Shown here piece after piece: positions 11,401-22,084 of a DNA stretch of 64,000 bases. Source of the stretch: Heptranchias perlo (Eukaryota); contig NC_090366.1 in the NCBI RefSeq assembly GCF_035084215.1, positions 13,950,001-14,014,000 on the forward strand. Reading direction: 5' to 3'. A model generated the notes under the pieces. The model was not told the origin of the DNA. It saw nothing but the letters and a program-made list of their open reading frames with translations, and did not search any database. The position numbers and the translations under genes are program-made. Every line of letters begins with the position of its first letter. The first letter of the stretch is position 1.

Positions 11401-14400
11401 CCGTCTCATCACATCCCTCAAACCCACCCACCCGTCTCATCACATCCCTCAAACCCACCTACCCATCTCATCACATCCCCCAAACCCACCTACCCATCTC
11501 ATCACATCCCTCAAACCCACCTACCCATCTCATCACATCCCTCAAACCCACCTACCCATCTCATCACATCCCTCAAACCCACCTACCCATCTCATCACAT
11601 CCCCCAAACCCACCTACCCATCTCATCACATCCCCCAAACCCACCTACCCATCTCATCACATCCCTCAAACCCACCTACCCATCTCATCACATCCCCCAA
11701 ACCCAACCACCCATCTCATCACATCCCTCAAACCCACCTACCCATCTCATCACATCCCTCAAACCCACCTACCCATCTCATCACATCCCCCAAACCCAAC
11801 CACCCATTTCATCACATCCCTCAAACCCACCTACCCATCTCATCACATCCCCCAAACCCAACCACCCATCTCATCACATCCCTCAAACCCACCTACCATC
11901 TCATCACATCCCTCAAACCCACCTACCATCTCATCACATCCCTCAAACCCACCTACCCATCTCATCACATCCCCCAAACCCAACCACCCATTTCATCACA
12001 TCCCTCAAACCCACCTACCCATCTCATCACATCCCCCAAACCCAACCACCCATCTCATCACATCCCTCAAACCCACCTACCATCTCATCACATCCCTCAA
12101 ACCCACCTACCATCTCATCACATCCCTCAAACCCACCTACCATCTCATCACATCCCTCAAACCCACCTACCATCTCATCACATCCCTCAAACCCACCTAC
12201 CATCTCATCACATCCCTCAAACCCACCTACCCATCTCATCACATCCCCCAAACCCAACCACCCATTTCATCACATCCCTCAAACCCACCTACCATCTCAT
12301 CACATCCCTCAAACCCACCTACCCATCTCATCACATCCCTCAAACCCACCTACCATCTCATCACATCCCTCAAACCCACCTACCATCTCATCACATCCCT
12401 CAAACCCACCTACCATCTCATCACATCCCTCAAACCCACCCTCATCATATCATATTGTGTCTGATTTAAGCTCCTGTGAAGTTTTTACTTTGTTAAAGGC
12501 TCTATGTAAATGCAAGTTGTTTGTTGGCTCTTTTCAACCTCGGCCCTTCACCGGGGGCCGAACAAGATCCAGGATCTTGGTGATCAAGTTGATCACCAAC
12601 CCTCTTTCAGACGTTTGAGGACTTCATAAGGAGGGGAGGGGCTTAAAACAGACCACTTTCTAGCCGAACTGCTTTTATTTTCTTTCAGATTCTCCCAAGG
12701 AAACAGCGGTGAGGGTCGTCGGGGCCGACCAAGGAATAAAAGAGGGGGACAACGTAACATTATCCTGTTTCAGCAAGAGTAACCCGCCGGCCACTAACTA
12801 CAGCTGGTTCAGGATCGATGGGAGCAATAGGACTGAGTTAAACACAAGGACAGCGTCCATCAACCTGGGTCTTGTAACGCGGGAGCTCGATGCTTGGTTC
12901 TACTGCACGGCGGGAAACACACTGGGTTCCAGCAACTCCATCCCGTTCTTCGTCAGTGTGGAGTGTAAGTGTTTTATGCACAACGGAGATGGGATATCCA
13001 ATGTCAGGAGAGATAAGTTGAATCCAATCCAGCCCAAGTTAACACAGTTGGTTACAAGTCCAATGTCCCCCTGGCCAATCTCCTTTCTCCCACCCTCCGT
13101 AAACTTCAGCTCATCCAAAACTCTGCTGCCCCCGTATCCCAACTCGCACCGAGTCCCGTTCACCCATCACCCCCTGTGCTCGCTGACCTACATTGGTTCC
13201 CGGTCCGGGAACGCCTCAATTTTAAAGTTCTCATCCTCGTGTTCAAATCCCTCCATGGCCTCCTCGTGCCTCACCAACCCCTCTCCCCGCCTCCCTATCT
13301 CTGTAACCTCCTCCAGCCCTACAAACCCCCGGAGATCTCTGCGCTCCTCCAATTCTGGCCTCTTGTCCATCCCCCGATTCCCATCGCTCCACCATTGGCG
13401 GCCGTGCCTTCAGCTGCCTGGGCCCTAAGCTCTGGAATTCCCTCCCTAAACCTCTCCGCCTCTCTCTCTCCACCTCTGTCTGCTCCTTAAAACCTACCTC
13501 TTTGACCAAGCTTTTGGTCACCTCTCCTAATATCTCATGTGGCTCGGTGCCAAATTTTGATAATTGCTCCTGTGAAGCGTCTCGGGTCCTTTTTACTTTG
13601 TTAAAGGCTCTATTTAAATGCGAGTTGTTTGTTGGCTCTTTTCAACCTCGGCCCTTCACCGGGGGCCGAACAAGATCCAGGATCTTGGTGATCAAGTTGA
13701 TCACCAACCCTCTTTCAGACGTTTGAGAACTTCATAAGGAGGGGAGGGGCTTAAAACAGACCACTTTCTAGCCGAACTGCTTTTATTTTCTTTCAGATCC
13801 TCCCAAGGAAACAGCGGTGAGGGTCGTCGGGGCCGAGCATGGAATAAAAGAGGGGGACAACGTAACATTATCCTGTTTCAGCAAGAGTAACCCGCCGGCC
13901 ACTAACTACAGCTGGTTCAGGATCGACGGGAGCAATAGGACTGAGTTAAACACAAGGACAGCGTCCATCAACCTGGGTCTTGTAACGCGGGAGCTCGATG
14001 CTTGGTTCTACTGCACGGCGGGAAACACACTGGGTTCCAGCAACTCCACCCTGTTCTTCGTCAGTGTGGAGTGTAAGTGTTTTATGCACAACGGAGATGG
14101 GATATCCAATGTCAGGAGAGATAAGTTGAATCCAATCCAGCCCAAGTTAACACAGTCCAATGTCCTCCTGGCCGGCCTCCCATCTCCCACCCTCCGTAAA
14201 CTTCAGCTCATCCAAAACTCTGCTGCCCCCGTATCCTAACTCGCACCGAGTCCCGTTCACCCATCACCCCCTGTGCTCGCTGACCGACATCGGCTCCCGG
14301 TCCGGGAACGCCTCGATTTTAAAATTCTCATCCTTGTGTTCAAATCCCTCCTCGCCCCCCTCCCTACCCCTGTAACCTCCTCCAGCCCCTACAAACCCTC

Positions 14401-17400
14401 CGAGATCTCTGCGCTCCTCCAATTCTGGCCTCTTGCGCATCCTCCGATTTCCATCGCTCCACCATTGGCGGCCGTGCCTTCAGCTGCCTGGGCCCTAAGC
14501 TCTGGAATTCCCTCCCTAAACCTCTCCGCCTCTCTCTCTCCTCCTTTAAGACGCTCCTTAAAACCTACCTCTTTGACCAAGCTTTTGATCACCTGTTCTA
14601 ATATCTCCTTATGTGGCTCGGTGTCAAATTTTGTCTGATTTACGCTCCTGTGAAGCGCCCTGGGTTAAAGGCACTATATAAATGCAAATTGCAGTAGGAG
14701 GATAGATCTCCTCTTCCTGTACAGGTTTTGGCCAACCTCTGGTGAGTTGGAATATAAAAGCATTTATGGGCATCATCCGACATGTTTGTACAGATATCAA
14801 CATTTACAGATTGGGCCCCAAGTTGGGGGTTTGAGTGTTCTGCTCAGGGATGTGGAATGAAGATGGGATATGTGGAATTAGAAACGTAAAGACACAGACA
14901 AAATGTTGTGTGGGGATGTTTATCTTGAGCTAAATCCAGAATTAACATCTTCACAGAAGGTCACGAAAATACAGAAAATACTCGCCCAGGAAGTGGCAGC
15001 CATGACTCAATGGGTAGCTCTCACTCTCTCTCGCCCCCGAGTCAGAAGGTCGTGGGTTCGAGCCCCCACTCCAGAGACTCGAGCCCCATAATCCCAGGCC
15101 GACACTCCCCAGTGCCCAGTACGGAGGGAGTGCTGCACTGTCGGAGGGTCAGTACTGAGGGAGCGCCGCGCTGTCGGAGGGTCGGTACTGAGGGAGCGCT
15201 GCACTGTCGGAGGGTCAGTACTGAGGGAGCGCCGCACTGTCGGAGGGTCAGTACTGAGGGAATGCTGCACTGTCGGAGGGTCAGTACTGAGGGAGCGCCG
15301 CACTGTCGGAGGGTCAGTACTGAGGGAGCGCCGCACTGTCGGAGGGTCAGTACTGAGGGAGCGCCGCGCTGTCGGAGGGTCGGCACTGAGGGAGCGCCGT
15401 GCTGTCGGAGGGTCAGTACTGAGGGAGCGCCGTGCTGTCCGAGGGTCAGTACTGAGGGAGCGCTGCACTGTCGGAGGGTCGGTACTGAGGGAGCGCCGCG
15501 CTGTCGGAAGGTCAGTACTGAGGGAGCGTCGCACTGTCGGAGATGCCGTCTTTCAGATGAGATATTAAACCGAGGGCCCCGTCTGCCCCTCTCAGGTGGA
15601 TGTAAAAGATCCCACGGCCACTATTTCGAAGAAGAGCAGGGGGGAGTTCTCCCCGGTGTCCTGGGGCCAATATTAATCCCTCAACCAAAGTCACAGATGA
15701 ACTGGCCATTTATCTCATTGCTGTTTGTGGGACCTTGCTGTGCGCAAATTGGCTGGGAAACAGGCCATTCGGCCCAACTGGTCTATCCCGGTGTTTATGC
15801 TCCACACGAGCCTCCTCCCTCCCTACTCCATCTCACCCTATCACCATATCCTTCTATTCCTTTCTCCCTCATGTGTTTATCGCTGAATTGCATCTACACT
15901 ATTCGCCTCAACCACTCCTCGTGGGAGTGAATCAGCAATATATCGTTGTACGATGCAGATCACGAGGTTTGGATCTGATAACATGGCTGTATAGACACAG
16001 GCCTCGTTACTATGCAGCTGTGCAGTCATCTCCTCGATATTCAGTGGCCATAGCAACCGGTAAGAAATCACGATTGCGACTTAACTTGTCCACAGACAGA
16101 CCCAAGGTTCTCCTGCACTCCAACTGCACCCGGGCAGCAGCGGTTACCTGCGTCTGTTCAGTCAGGGCCAACCCGCCAGCAAGGACCTGGTGGCTTCTTG
16201 ACCAGAGGAGCATCCACGGCAACTACACCGGGAAGGAATTCAAAGTTTCTTCAGAGGTCAGAGGCCAAGAGGCGAGAAGCACATTGACGGTGAAAAGGAG
16301 CGACGGGAACTTTAATGCTTTGTGTGTGGGGAGCAATCGGCAGGGAAAGGACACTTTGAAATTCTATTTATTTTCGAAAGGTAAGAAATACTTTTTCACC
16401 TTCGTCCGATTACACGGGACTTCTTTGCGGTGTTTTGGAATTTTGGGCAAATTTTGGGATTGTGAGGAACGTCGCTGCTGGGAATCAAACGGTCTCCGTT
16501 TCAGGCACCCGGTGTCAACATCAAACACTCCCCAGGGTTAGATACAGAGTAAAGCTCCCTCTACACTGTCCCGTCAAACACTCCCAGGGCAGGTACAGGG
16601 TTAGATACAGAGTAAAGCTCCCTCTACACTGTCCCATCAAACACTCCCAGGGCAGGTACAGGGGGTTAGATACAGAGTAAAGCTCCCTCTACACTGTCCC
16701 ATCAAACACTCCCAGGGCAGGTACAGGGTTAGATACAGAGTAAAGCTCCCTCTACACTGTCCCATCAAACACTCCCAGGGCAGGTACAGGGTTAGATACA
16801 GAGTAAAGCTCCCTCTACACTGTCCCGTCAAACACTCCCAGGGCAGGTACAGGGTTAGATACAGAGTAAAGCTCCCTCTACACTGTCCCATCAAACACTC
16901 CCAGGGCAGGTACAGGGTTAGATACAGAGTAAAGCTCCCTCTACACTGTCCCATCAAACACTCCCAGGGCAGGTACAGGGTTAGATACAGAGTAAAGCTC
17001 CCTCTACACTGTCCCGTCAAACACTCCCAGGGCAGGTACAGGGTTAGATACAGAGTAAAGCTCCCTCTACACTGTCCCGTCAAATACTCCCAGGGCAGCT
17101 ACAGGGTTAGATACAGAGTAAAGCTCCCTCTACACTGTCCCATCAAACACTCCCAGGGCAGGTACAGGGTTAGATACAGAGTAAAGCTCCCTCTACACTG
17201 TCCCATCAAACACTCCCAGGGCAGGTACAGGGTTAGATACAGAGTAAAGCTCCCTCTACACTGTGTGAGGCAAAGGAGGAGATTGCGGGGGCTCTGACAC
17301 ATATATTCAGAACCTCTCTGGCCACAGGGGATGTGCCAGAGGACTGGAGAACCGCTAATGTAGTACCATTATTCAAGAAGGGGAGTAGGGAAAAACCGGG

Positions 17401-20400
17401 GAACTACAGGCCAGTGAGCCTAACATCAGTGGTAGGAAAATTATTGGAAAAAATTCTGAAGGACAAAATTAGTCTCCACTTGGAGAAGCAAGGATTAATC
17501 AGGGATAGTCAACATGGCTTTGTCAAGGGAAGATCATGTCTGACTAATTTGATTGAATTTTTTGAGGGGGTGACTAGGCGTGTGGATGAGGGTAACGCAG
17601 TGGATGTGGTCTACATGGATTTCAGTAAGGCCTTCGATAAAGTCCCGCACAGGAGACTGGTCAAGAAGGTACGAGCCCATGGAATCCAGGGTGCCTTGGC
17701 ACTTTGGATACAAAACTGGCTTAGTGGCAGAAGGCAGAGGGTGATGGTCGAAGGTTGTTTTTGTGACTGGAAGCCTGTGGCCAGTGGGGTACCACAGGGA
17801 TCGGTGCTGGGTCCCTTGCTGTTTGTGGTCTACATTAATGACTTGGATATGAATGTTAAAGGTATGATCAGTAAGTTCGCTGATGATACAAAAATTGGTA
17901 GGTTGGTAAATAGCGAGGAGGATAGCCTCAGTCTGCAGGACGATATAGATGGGTTGGTCAGATGGGCGGAACAGTGGCAAATGGAATTTAACCCGGAAAA
18001 GTGCGAGGTGATGCACTTTGGAGGGACTAACAAGGCAAGGGAATACACAATGAATGGGAGGACCCTAGGCAAGACAGAGGGTCAGAGGGATCTTGGTGTG
18101 CAAGTTCACAGATCCCTGAAGGCGGCGGAACAGGTAGATAAGGTGGTAAAGAAGGCATATTGGATACTTGCCTTTATTAGCCGAGGCATAGAATATAAGA
18201 GCAAGGAGGTTATGATGGAGCTGTATAAAACACTGGTTAGGCCACAGCTGGAGTACTGTGTGCAGTTCTGGTCACCACACTACAGGAAGGATGTGATCGC
18301 TTTGGAGAGGGTGCAGAGGAGATTCACCAGGATGTTACCAGGGCTGGAGCGCTTCAGCTATGAAGAGAGACTGGGAAGATTGGGTTTGTTTTCCTTGGAG
18401 CAGAGGAGGCTGAGGGGGGACATGATTGAGGTGTACAAAATTATGAGGGGCACAGATAGGATGGATACTGAGGAGCTTTTTCCCTTCGTTGAGGGTTCTA
18501 TAACAAGGGGACATAGATTCAAGGTAAAAGGCGGGAGGTTTAGAGGGGATTTGAGAAAGAACTTTTTCACCCAGAGGGTGGTTGGAGTCTGGAACTCACT
18601 GCCTGAAAGGGTTGTGGAGGCAGGAACCCTCACAACATTCAAGAAGCATTTGGATGAGCACTTGAAATGCCATAGCATACAAGGCTACGGACCAAATGCT
18701 GGAATATGGGATTAGAGTAGACAGGGCTGATGGCCGGCGCGGACACGATGGGCCGAAGGGCCTCTATCCGTGCTGTATGACTCTATGACTCTCTATGACT
18801 GTCCCGTCAAACACTCCCAGGGCAGGTACAGGGTTAGATACAGAGTAAAGCTCCCTCTACACTGTCCCATGAAACACTCCCAGGGCAGGTACAGGGTTAG
18901 ATACAGAGTAAAGCTCCCTCTACACTGTCCCATCAAACACTCCCAGGGCAGGTACAGGGTTAGATACAGAGTAAAGCTCCCTCTACACTGTCCCATCAAA
19001 CACTCCCAGGGCAGGTACAGGGTTAGATACAGAGTAAAGCTCCCTCTACACTGTCCCGTCAAACACTCCCAGGGCAGGTACAGGGTTAGATACAGAGTAA
19101 AGCTCCCTCTACACTGTCCCGTCAAACACTCCCAGGGCAGGTACAGGGTTAGATACAGAGTAAAGCTCCCTCTACACTGTCCCATCAAACACTCCCAGGG
19201 TTAGAAAGTTTTGGAACCAAGGAAAAATTGTCACATGTGTCGAGCCAGGTGATATTACAATCCCAATCACTGCCCATTTCTTCTTGTAGATGTGGGCGAC
19301 CCTCTATGGATGATGATTAAAGAAGGACTGTACGGTGGGTTGGTCACAGCTGGCATTATGTGTAGCTTGTGTCTACTGATGGTCATTCTGCAGTAAGTAC
19401 CCTGATTGTTTCATTCACGGAGTATGGGGCGTGTGATGGGGCAGGGGGAGTAAATGATTGTTCCCGAGGGTTTCTGACATTAGAATATGGGGGAGGAGGG
19501 GTAGAGTGGGTAGATAGGGGAGAGTGTACAGGGGCTGTGGGAAGGGATTAAATGGGTGGGGAGAGTCCGTGATAGGGGAGAGTGTACAGGGGCTGTGGGA
19601 AGGGATTAAATGGGTGGGGAGAGTCCGTGATAGGGGAGAGTGTATAGGGGCTGTGGGGGGAGATTAAATGGGTGGGGAGAGTCCGTGATAGGGGAGAGTG
19701 TACAGGGGCAGTGGGAGGAGATTAAATGGGTGGGGAGAGTCCGTGATAGGGGAGAGTGTACAGGGGCTGCGGGAGGAGATTAAATGGGTGGGGAGAGTCC
19801 GTGATAGGGGAGAGTGTACAGGGGCTGCGGGAGGAGATTAAATGGGTGGGGAGAGTCCGTGATAGGGGAGAGTGTACAGGGGCTGTGGGGGGAGATTAAA
19901 TGGGTGGGGAGAGTCAGTGATAGGGGAGAGTGTACAGGGGCTGTGGGAGGAGATTAAATGTGGGAGGGTGGGGAACGAGTTTACAGGGGCTGTGGGAGTT
20001 TGGTGCTCACCTTCTCCTGCCTGTGTTCTAGAAAGAGGAGAGTGAGGGAGTGTAACCGAGCTCCGATGGACACAGCCAGACACGATCCTGTGCCTCAGGT
20101 AAGCACAGTAAGAGGCTGCGTATTTACTTAAAACTGCAAGCTGCCCCTTCAATGGCTCGCCAGCTGCAGCGAAATTGAGAGCAGCGAGTTACCAGGGTCG
20201 CAGCTCATGGCCGAGTTTGAGGAACCTAGTTGGGGATTGTGGTTGCCGGGGGGGACGGGGAGTACAATTAACTTTAATTCCTCTGAGATAGGGAAGGGAA
20301 TGAATGTACCAGAGGGGGGATCTACTCGTGATGCGTGCAGCTTTCGGGCGAGGGTCCCACAGAGGCAAACGCACACCCGGTCTAGACTCGCACATGGGCG

Positions 20401-21381
20401 AGATACGGGGGGGGGAAGGGGCTGGAAACTCGGGATCTGTCTCCCAGTGAGGATCAGTCGCCCAATGAGGATCGAATACTCACTGGGTATCTTCTCCAGT
20501 GGCAGTCTGTACTCAGCGAGTGTCTGAACATGACCGAGGATTCACGGACCCTGCCTGGGGTACAGACGCCCCATTGAGCGTCCAAACCCCAGTGAGGGTA
20601 TATACCCCATGTCCCAGGGTGTGGTCTAATCATGATTGTGGTTCCACATCTCCAGGACAGAAGAGGAAAAATGGGAACAAATTCAACTTATCGTTCTCTT
20701 TAGGAAGGATGTCAAGGCCTTGGAGAGGGTGCGGGGGAGATTTACCAGAATGGGACCAGGGATGAGGGACTTCAGTTACGTGGAGAGACTGGAGAAGCTG
20801 GGATTGTTCTCCTTGGAGCAGAGAAGGTTAAGGGGAGATTTAATCGAGGGGTTCAAAATCATGAGGGGTTTTGATGGAGTAAATAAGGAGAAACTGTTTC
20901 CAGTGGCAGGAGGGTCGGTAACCAGAGGACACAGATTTAAGGTAATTGGCAAAAGAACCAGAGGGGGAGATGAGGAGACATTTTTTTCACATGGAGGGTC
21001 GTTATGATCTGGAACGCGCTCCCTGAAAGGGCGGTGGGAGCAGATTCCATGGGAAGTTTCAAAAGGCAATTGGACATGTACCTGACGAGGACTAATTTGC
21101 AGGGTTATGGGGAAAAGAGCCAGCACGGGCACGACGGGCCGAACGTCCTCCTTCTGTGCTGTAAGATCCTACGATTCTACGATTTCCAGATTGTGCAGGA
21201 CACCGCGGCAGATGCTTGGGTTTACGAGAATCCTCAGGAAAGCTCTGGACAGGGGAACGGCTGGCAGGACGAGCCGGAAACCCAACTTTACGCCAATCTC
21301 GACTGCTCCAAACCGCCCGTCAGCGACGGGTTCGAAAACACCGACTATGCGCCTCTTCAACTTTCACCGCGTGAAGTGTAA
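5406..21381 (+). CDS. Siglec-family (sialic acid-binding Ig-like lectin; MAG/CD22/CD33-related-like) type I membrane receptor, 9 coding exons, ~629 aa (gene span)
   Basis: Exons 5406-5451, 7915-8259, 8826-9125, 12689-12964, 13797-14072, 16096-16380, 19290-19392, 20032-20098 and 21190-21381 all have AG/GT boundaries and compatible phases (1,1,1,1,1,1,2,0). They total 1890 nt with no internal stop. Domain order is leader-V-C2-C2-C2-C2-TM-cytoplasmic tyrosine motifs. Confidence 0.88.
5575..6215 (-). mobile_element. L2-clade LINE 3' fragment
   Basis: AETLIRAFVPSRLDYSNALLAGLP...LIQNSAA...FKILILVFKSL, and a 3' tail GCGCTATATAAATGCAAG with (GTT)n. Confidence 0.85.
6495..7040 (-). mobile_element. 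Non-LTR retrotransposon (CR1/L2 group) 3' fragment
   Basis: LDTIQDKAVRLIG...HWRTVAAVC...[28 protein letters not shown]. The same family occurs at 34948-35375, 36188-36615 and 59520-59625. Confidence 0.7.
7110..7850 (+). mobile_element. CR1 3' fragment with internal 51-bp tandem array (7110-7432)
   Basis: About six in-frame repeats of [17 protein letters not shown], then GHKYKI...[14 protein letters not shown] and the CR1 3' UTR. Confidence 0.85.
7915..8259 (+). CDS. Siglec-like exon 2: V-set sialic-acid-binding domain
   Basis: GAWCLDWSASIPTTVTAQRGLCAVIPCTY...GIWYK...GDLRSRDCSLVINDIKLSDRGLYRFRIE...KYSY. Siglec hallmarks are the GLCxxIPC Cys pair, DCSL, the YxFR essential Arg and the G-strand aromatic. 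345 nt, phase 1-1. Confidence 0.93.
8366..8703. repeat. 15-bp minisatellite (GTGTTTGATGGGTCA)n
   Basis: Direct tandem repeats in the intron after the Siglec V-set exon. Confidence 0.9.
8826..9125 (+). CDS. Siglec-like exon 3: C2-set domain 2
   Basis: DRPDKPII...EGDPVNISCTFVSNC...PTLKW...STILTFVPSFSHQNKVIRCKV. The extra Cys is positioned for the Siglec D1-D2 disulfide. 300 nt, C|GTAAG donor. Confidence 0.92.
9295..12445. repeat. 30/31-bp C/A-rich minisatellite, ~100 copies
   Basis: Unit CATCCCTCAAACCCACCTACCCATCTCATCA, filling most of the intron between Siglec exons 3 and 4. Confidence 0.95.
12689..12964 (+). CDS. Siglec-like exon 4: C2-set Ig domain (copy A)
   Basis: SPKETAV...EGDNVTLSCFSKSNPPATNYSWF...WFYCTAGNTLG. 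Strong acceptor ttttattttctttcAG, donor GTAAGT. 276 nt. Confidence 0.92.
13055..13630 (+). mobile_element. L2 LINE 3' fragment (between the duplicated Ig exons)
   Basis: LADLHWFPVRERLNFKVLILVFKSLHG, followed by an L2 tail. Confidence 0.85.
13797..14072 (+). CDS. Siglec-like exon 5: C2-set Ig domain (copy B, duplicate of exon 4)
   Basis: Six nucleotide differences from exon 4 over 276 nt, identical splice sites, offset 1108 bp. Confidence 0.88.
14155..14692 (+). mobile_element. L2 LINE 3' fragment
   Basis: LLAGLPSPTLRKLQLIQNSAAP...LDFKILILVFKSL, with tail GCACTATATAAATGCAA. Confidence 0.85.
14990..15755 (+). mobile_element. Deu-domain SINE with ~13-copy 33-bp array; 3' end cut by an antisense CR1 tail (15755-15925)
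   Basis: A-box-like TGACTCAATGG, B-box-like GGTTCGAGCCC, and an array at 15118-15542. Confidence 0.8.
16096..16380 (+). CDS. Siglec-like exon 6: membrane-proximal C2-set domain
   Basis: YRPKVLLHSNCTRAAAVTCVCSVRANPPARTWW...ALCVGSNRQG. The C...CxC pattern is typical of the MAG domain 5 / Siglec membrane-proximal domain. 285 nt, AG|GTAAGA donor. Confidence 0.9.
16517..17263. repeat. 63-bp minisatellite, left half (inverted relative to 4722-5195)
   Basis: Unit CAAACACTCCCAGGGCAGGTACAGGGTTAGATACAGAGTAAAGCTCCCTCTACACTGTCCCAT. Confidence 0.9.
17264..18797 (+). mobile_element. 5'-truncated CR1 LINE with uninterrupted reverse transcriptase ORF (17333-18715)
   Basis: PEDWRTANVVPLFKKG, NYRPVSLTS, QHGF, DFSKAFDKV, GVPQGSVLGP and FADD motifs, a 3' stem-loop region, and a (CTATGACT)n tail. 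Confidence 0.95.
18797..19204. repeat. 63-bp minisatellite, right half
   Basis: Resumes in register after the CR1 tail. Confidence 0.9.
19290..19392 (+). CDS. Siglec-like exon 7: transmembrane segment
   Basis: DVGDPLWMMIKEGLYGGLVTAGIMCSLCLLMVIL. Acceptor ttcttcttgtAG, donor CA|GTAAGT, phase 1-2. Confidence 0.85.
19510..19995. repeat. 58-bp G-rich minisatellite, ~8 copies
   Basis: Unit GATAGGGGAGAGTGTACAGGGGCTGTGGGAGGAGATTAAATGGGTGGGGAGAGTCCGT. Confidence 0.9.
20032..20098 (+). CDS. Siglec-like exon 8: juxtamembrane cytoplasmic segment
   Basis: (Q)KRRVRECNRAPMDTARHDPVPQ, with basic stop-transfer residues right after the TM. Phase 2-0, CAG|GTAAG. Confidence 0.78.
20698..21185 (+). mobile_element. 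CR1 3' fragment ending immediately before the last Siglec splice acceptor
   Basis: [11 protein letters not shown]...[20 protein letters not shown], with tail CTACGATTCTACGATT. Confidence 0.85.
21190..21381 (+). CDS. Siglec-like exon 9: cytoplasmic tail with tyrosine motifs
   Basis: IVQDTAADAWVYENPQ...ETQLYANLDCSKPP...ENTDYAPLQLSPREV*. Contains YEN (YxN), QLYANL (ITIM-like) and TDYAPL (ITSM/ITIM-like). ATTAAA at 21514-21519 downstream. Confidence 0.82.
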   Translation: MVQDTAADAWVYENPQESSGQGNGWQDEPETQLYANLDCSKPPVSDGFENTDYAPLQLSPREV

Positions 21382-22084
21382 TCGCGAGGTGGCGTCGCTG
21401 CTCCCTGTTTAAAGGAGGTGTTGGCAACACCACCAGACCTGCTGGAGGAAGAGTAGGGGGAGTCGGCTGCCCTCCATAAAAGTAACTCATTGTGTACGAT
21501 ACTTCTAAAATGTATTAAAGGGACAGAGACAGGGACTTGAGACTCGATGTCAACGTTTAACCTTCTCCAGTGCCTCTACGTTCTTTTTACAAGACCCCAA
21601 GTCTCTCTGTTCCTACACTCCCATTAACATTGTACCATTGAGTTTATATCGCCTCCCCCTGTAGGTCGTTACATTTAACATAGCGGCCCTGGGCCCCGAA
21701 CAGCGAGCGGTTAGGATCTGGAGCGCACTGCCCGAGGGGGTGGGTGGAGGCAGATTCAATCGTGGCCTTTAAAAGGGAACCGGATAAGTACTTGAAAGGA
21801 AAAAAACGTGCTACGGGGAAAGGGCGGGGGAGTGGGACTAGCTGGATTGCTCTTGCAGAGAGCCGGCACGGACTCGATGGGCCGAACGGCCCTCCTTCTG
21901 TGCTGTAAGATTCTCTCAACACAAAGCCTAGCAACAGGACAATCTAGTTTAAAGGTAACGGAAAAGATAGAACGATGAGTCCATGGTGAACATATTAAAG
22001 AATGGCCTTAAGACGAGGGAGCTGGCACCCTCAGGTAACAGAGAAGGTCAGAGCAAGAGGCAAAGGCAGCAGGTGAGAGGGAGT

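Noticed and set aside
19318-19326. Lys/Glu near the TM as a DAP12-coupling (activating Siglec) residue
   Set aside because: K and E lie N-terminal to the 22-residue hydrophobic core (GLYGG...MVIL), not within it, and the tail has its own tyrosine motifs.
5406-21381. Assigning the symbol MAG or CD22 to the Siglec
   Set aside because: The five-domain count comes from a recent duplication, and the sequence lacks the high conservation expected for MAG. Orthology needs a tree.
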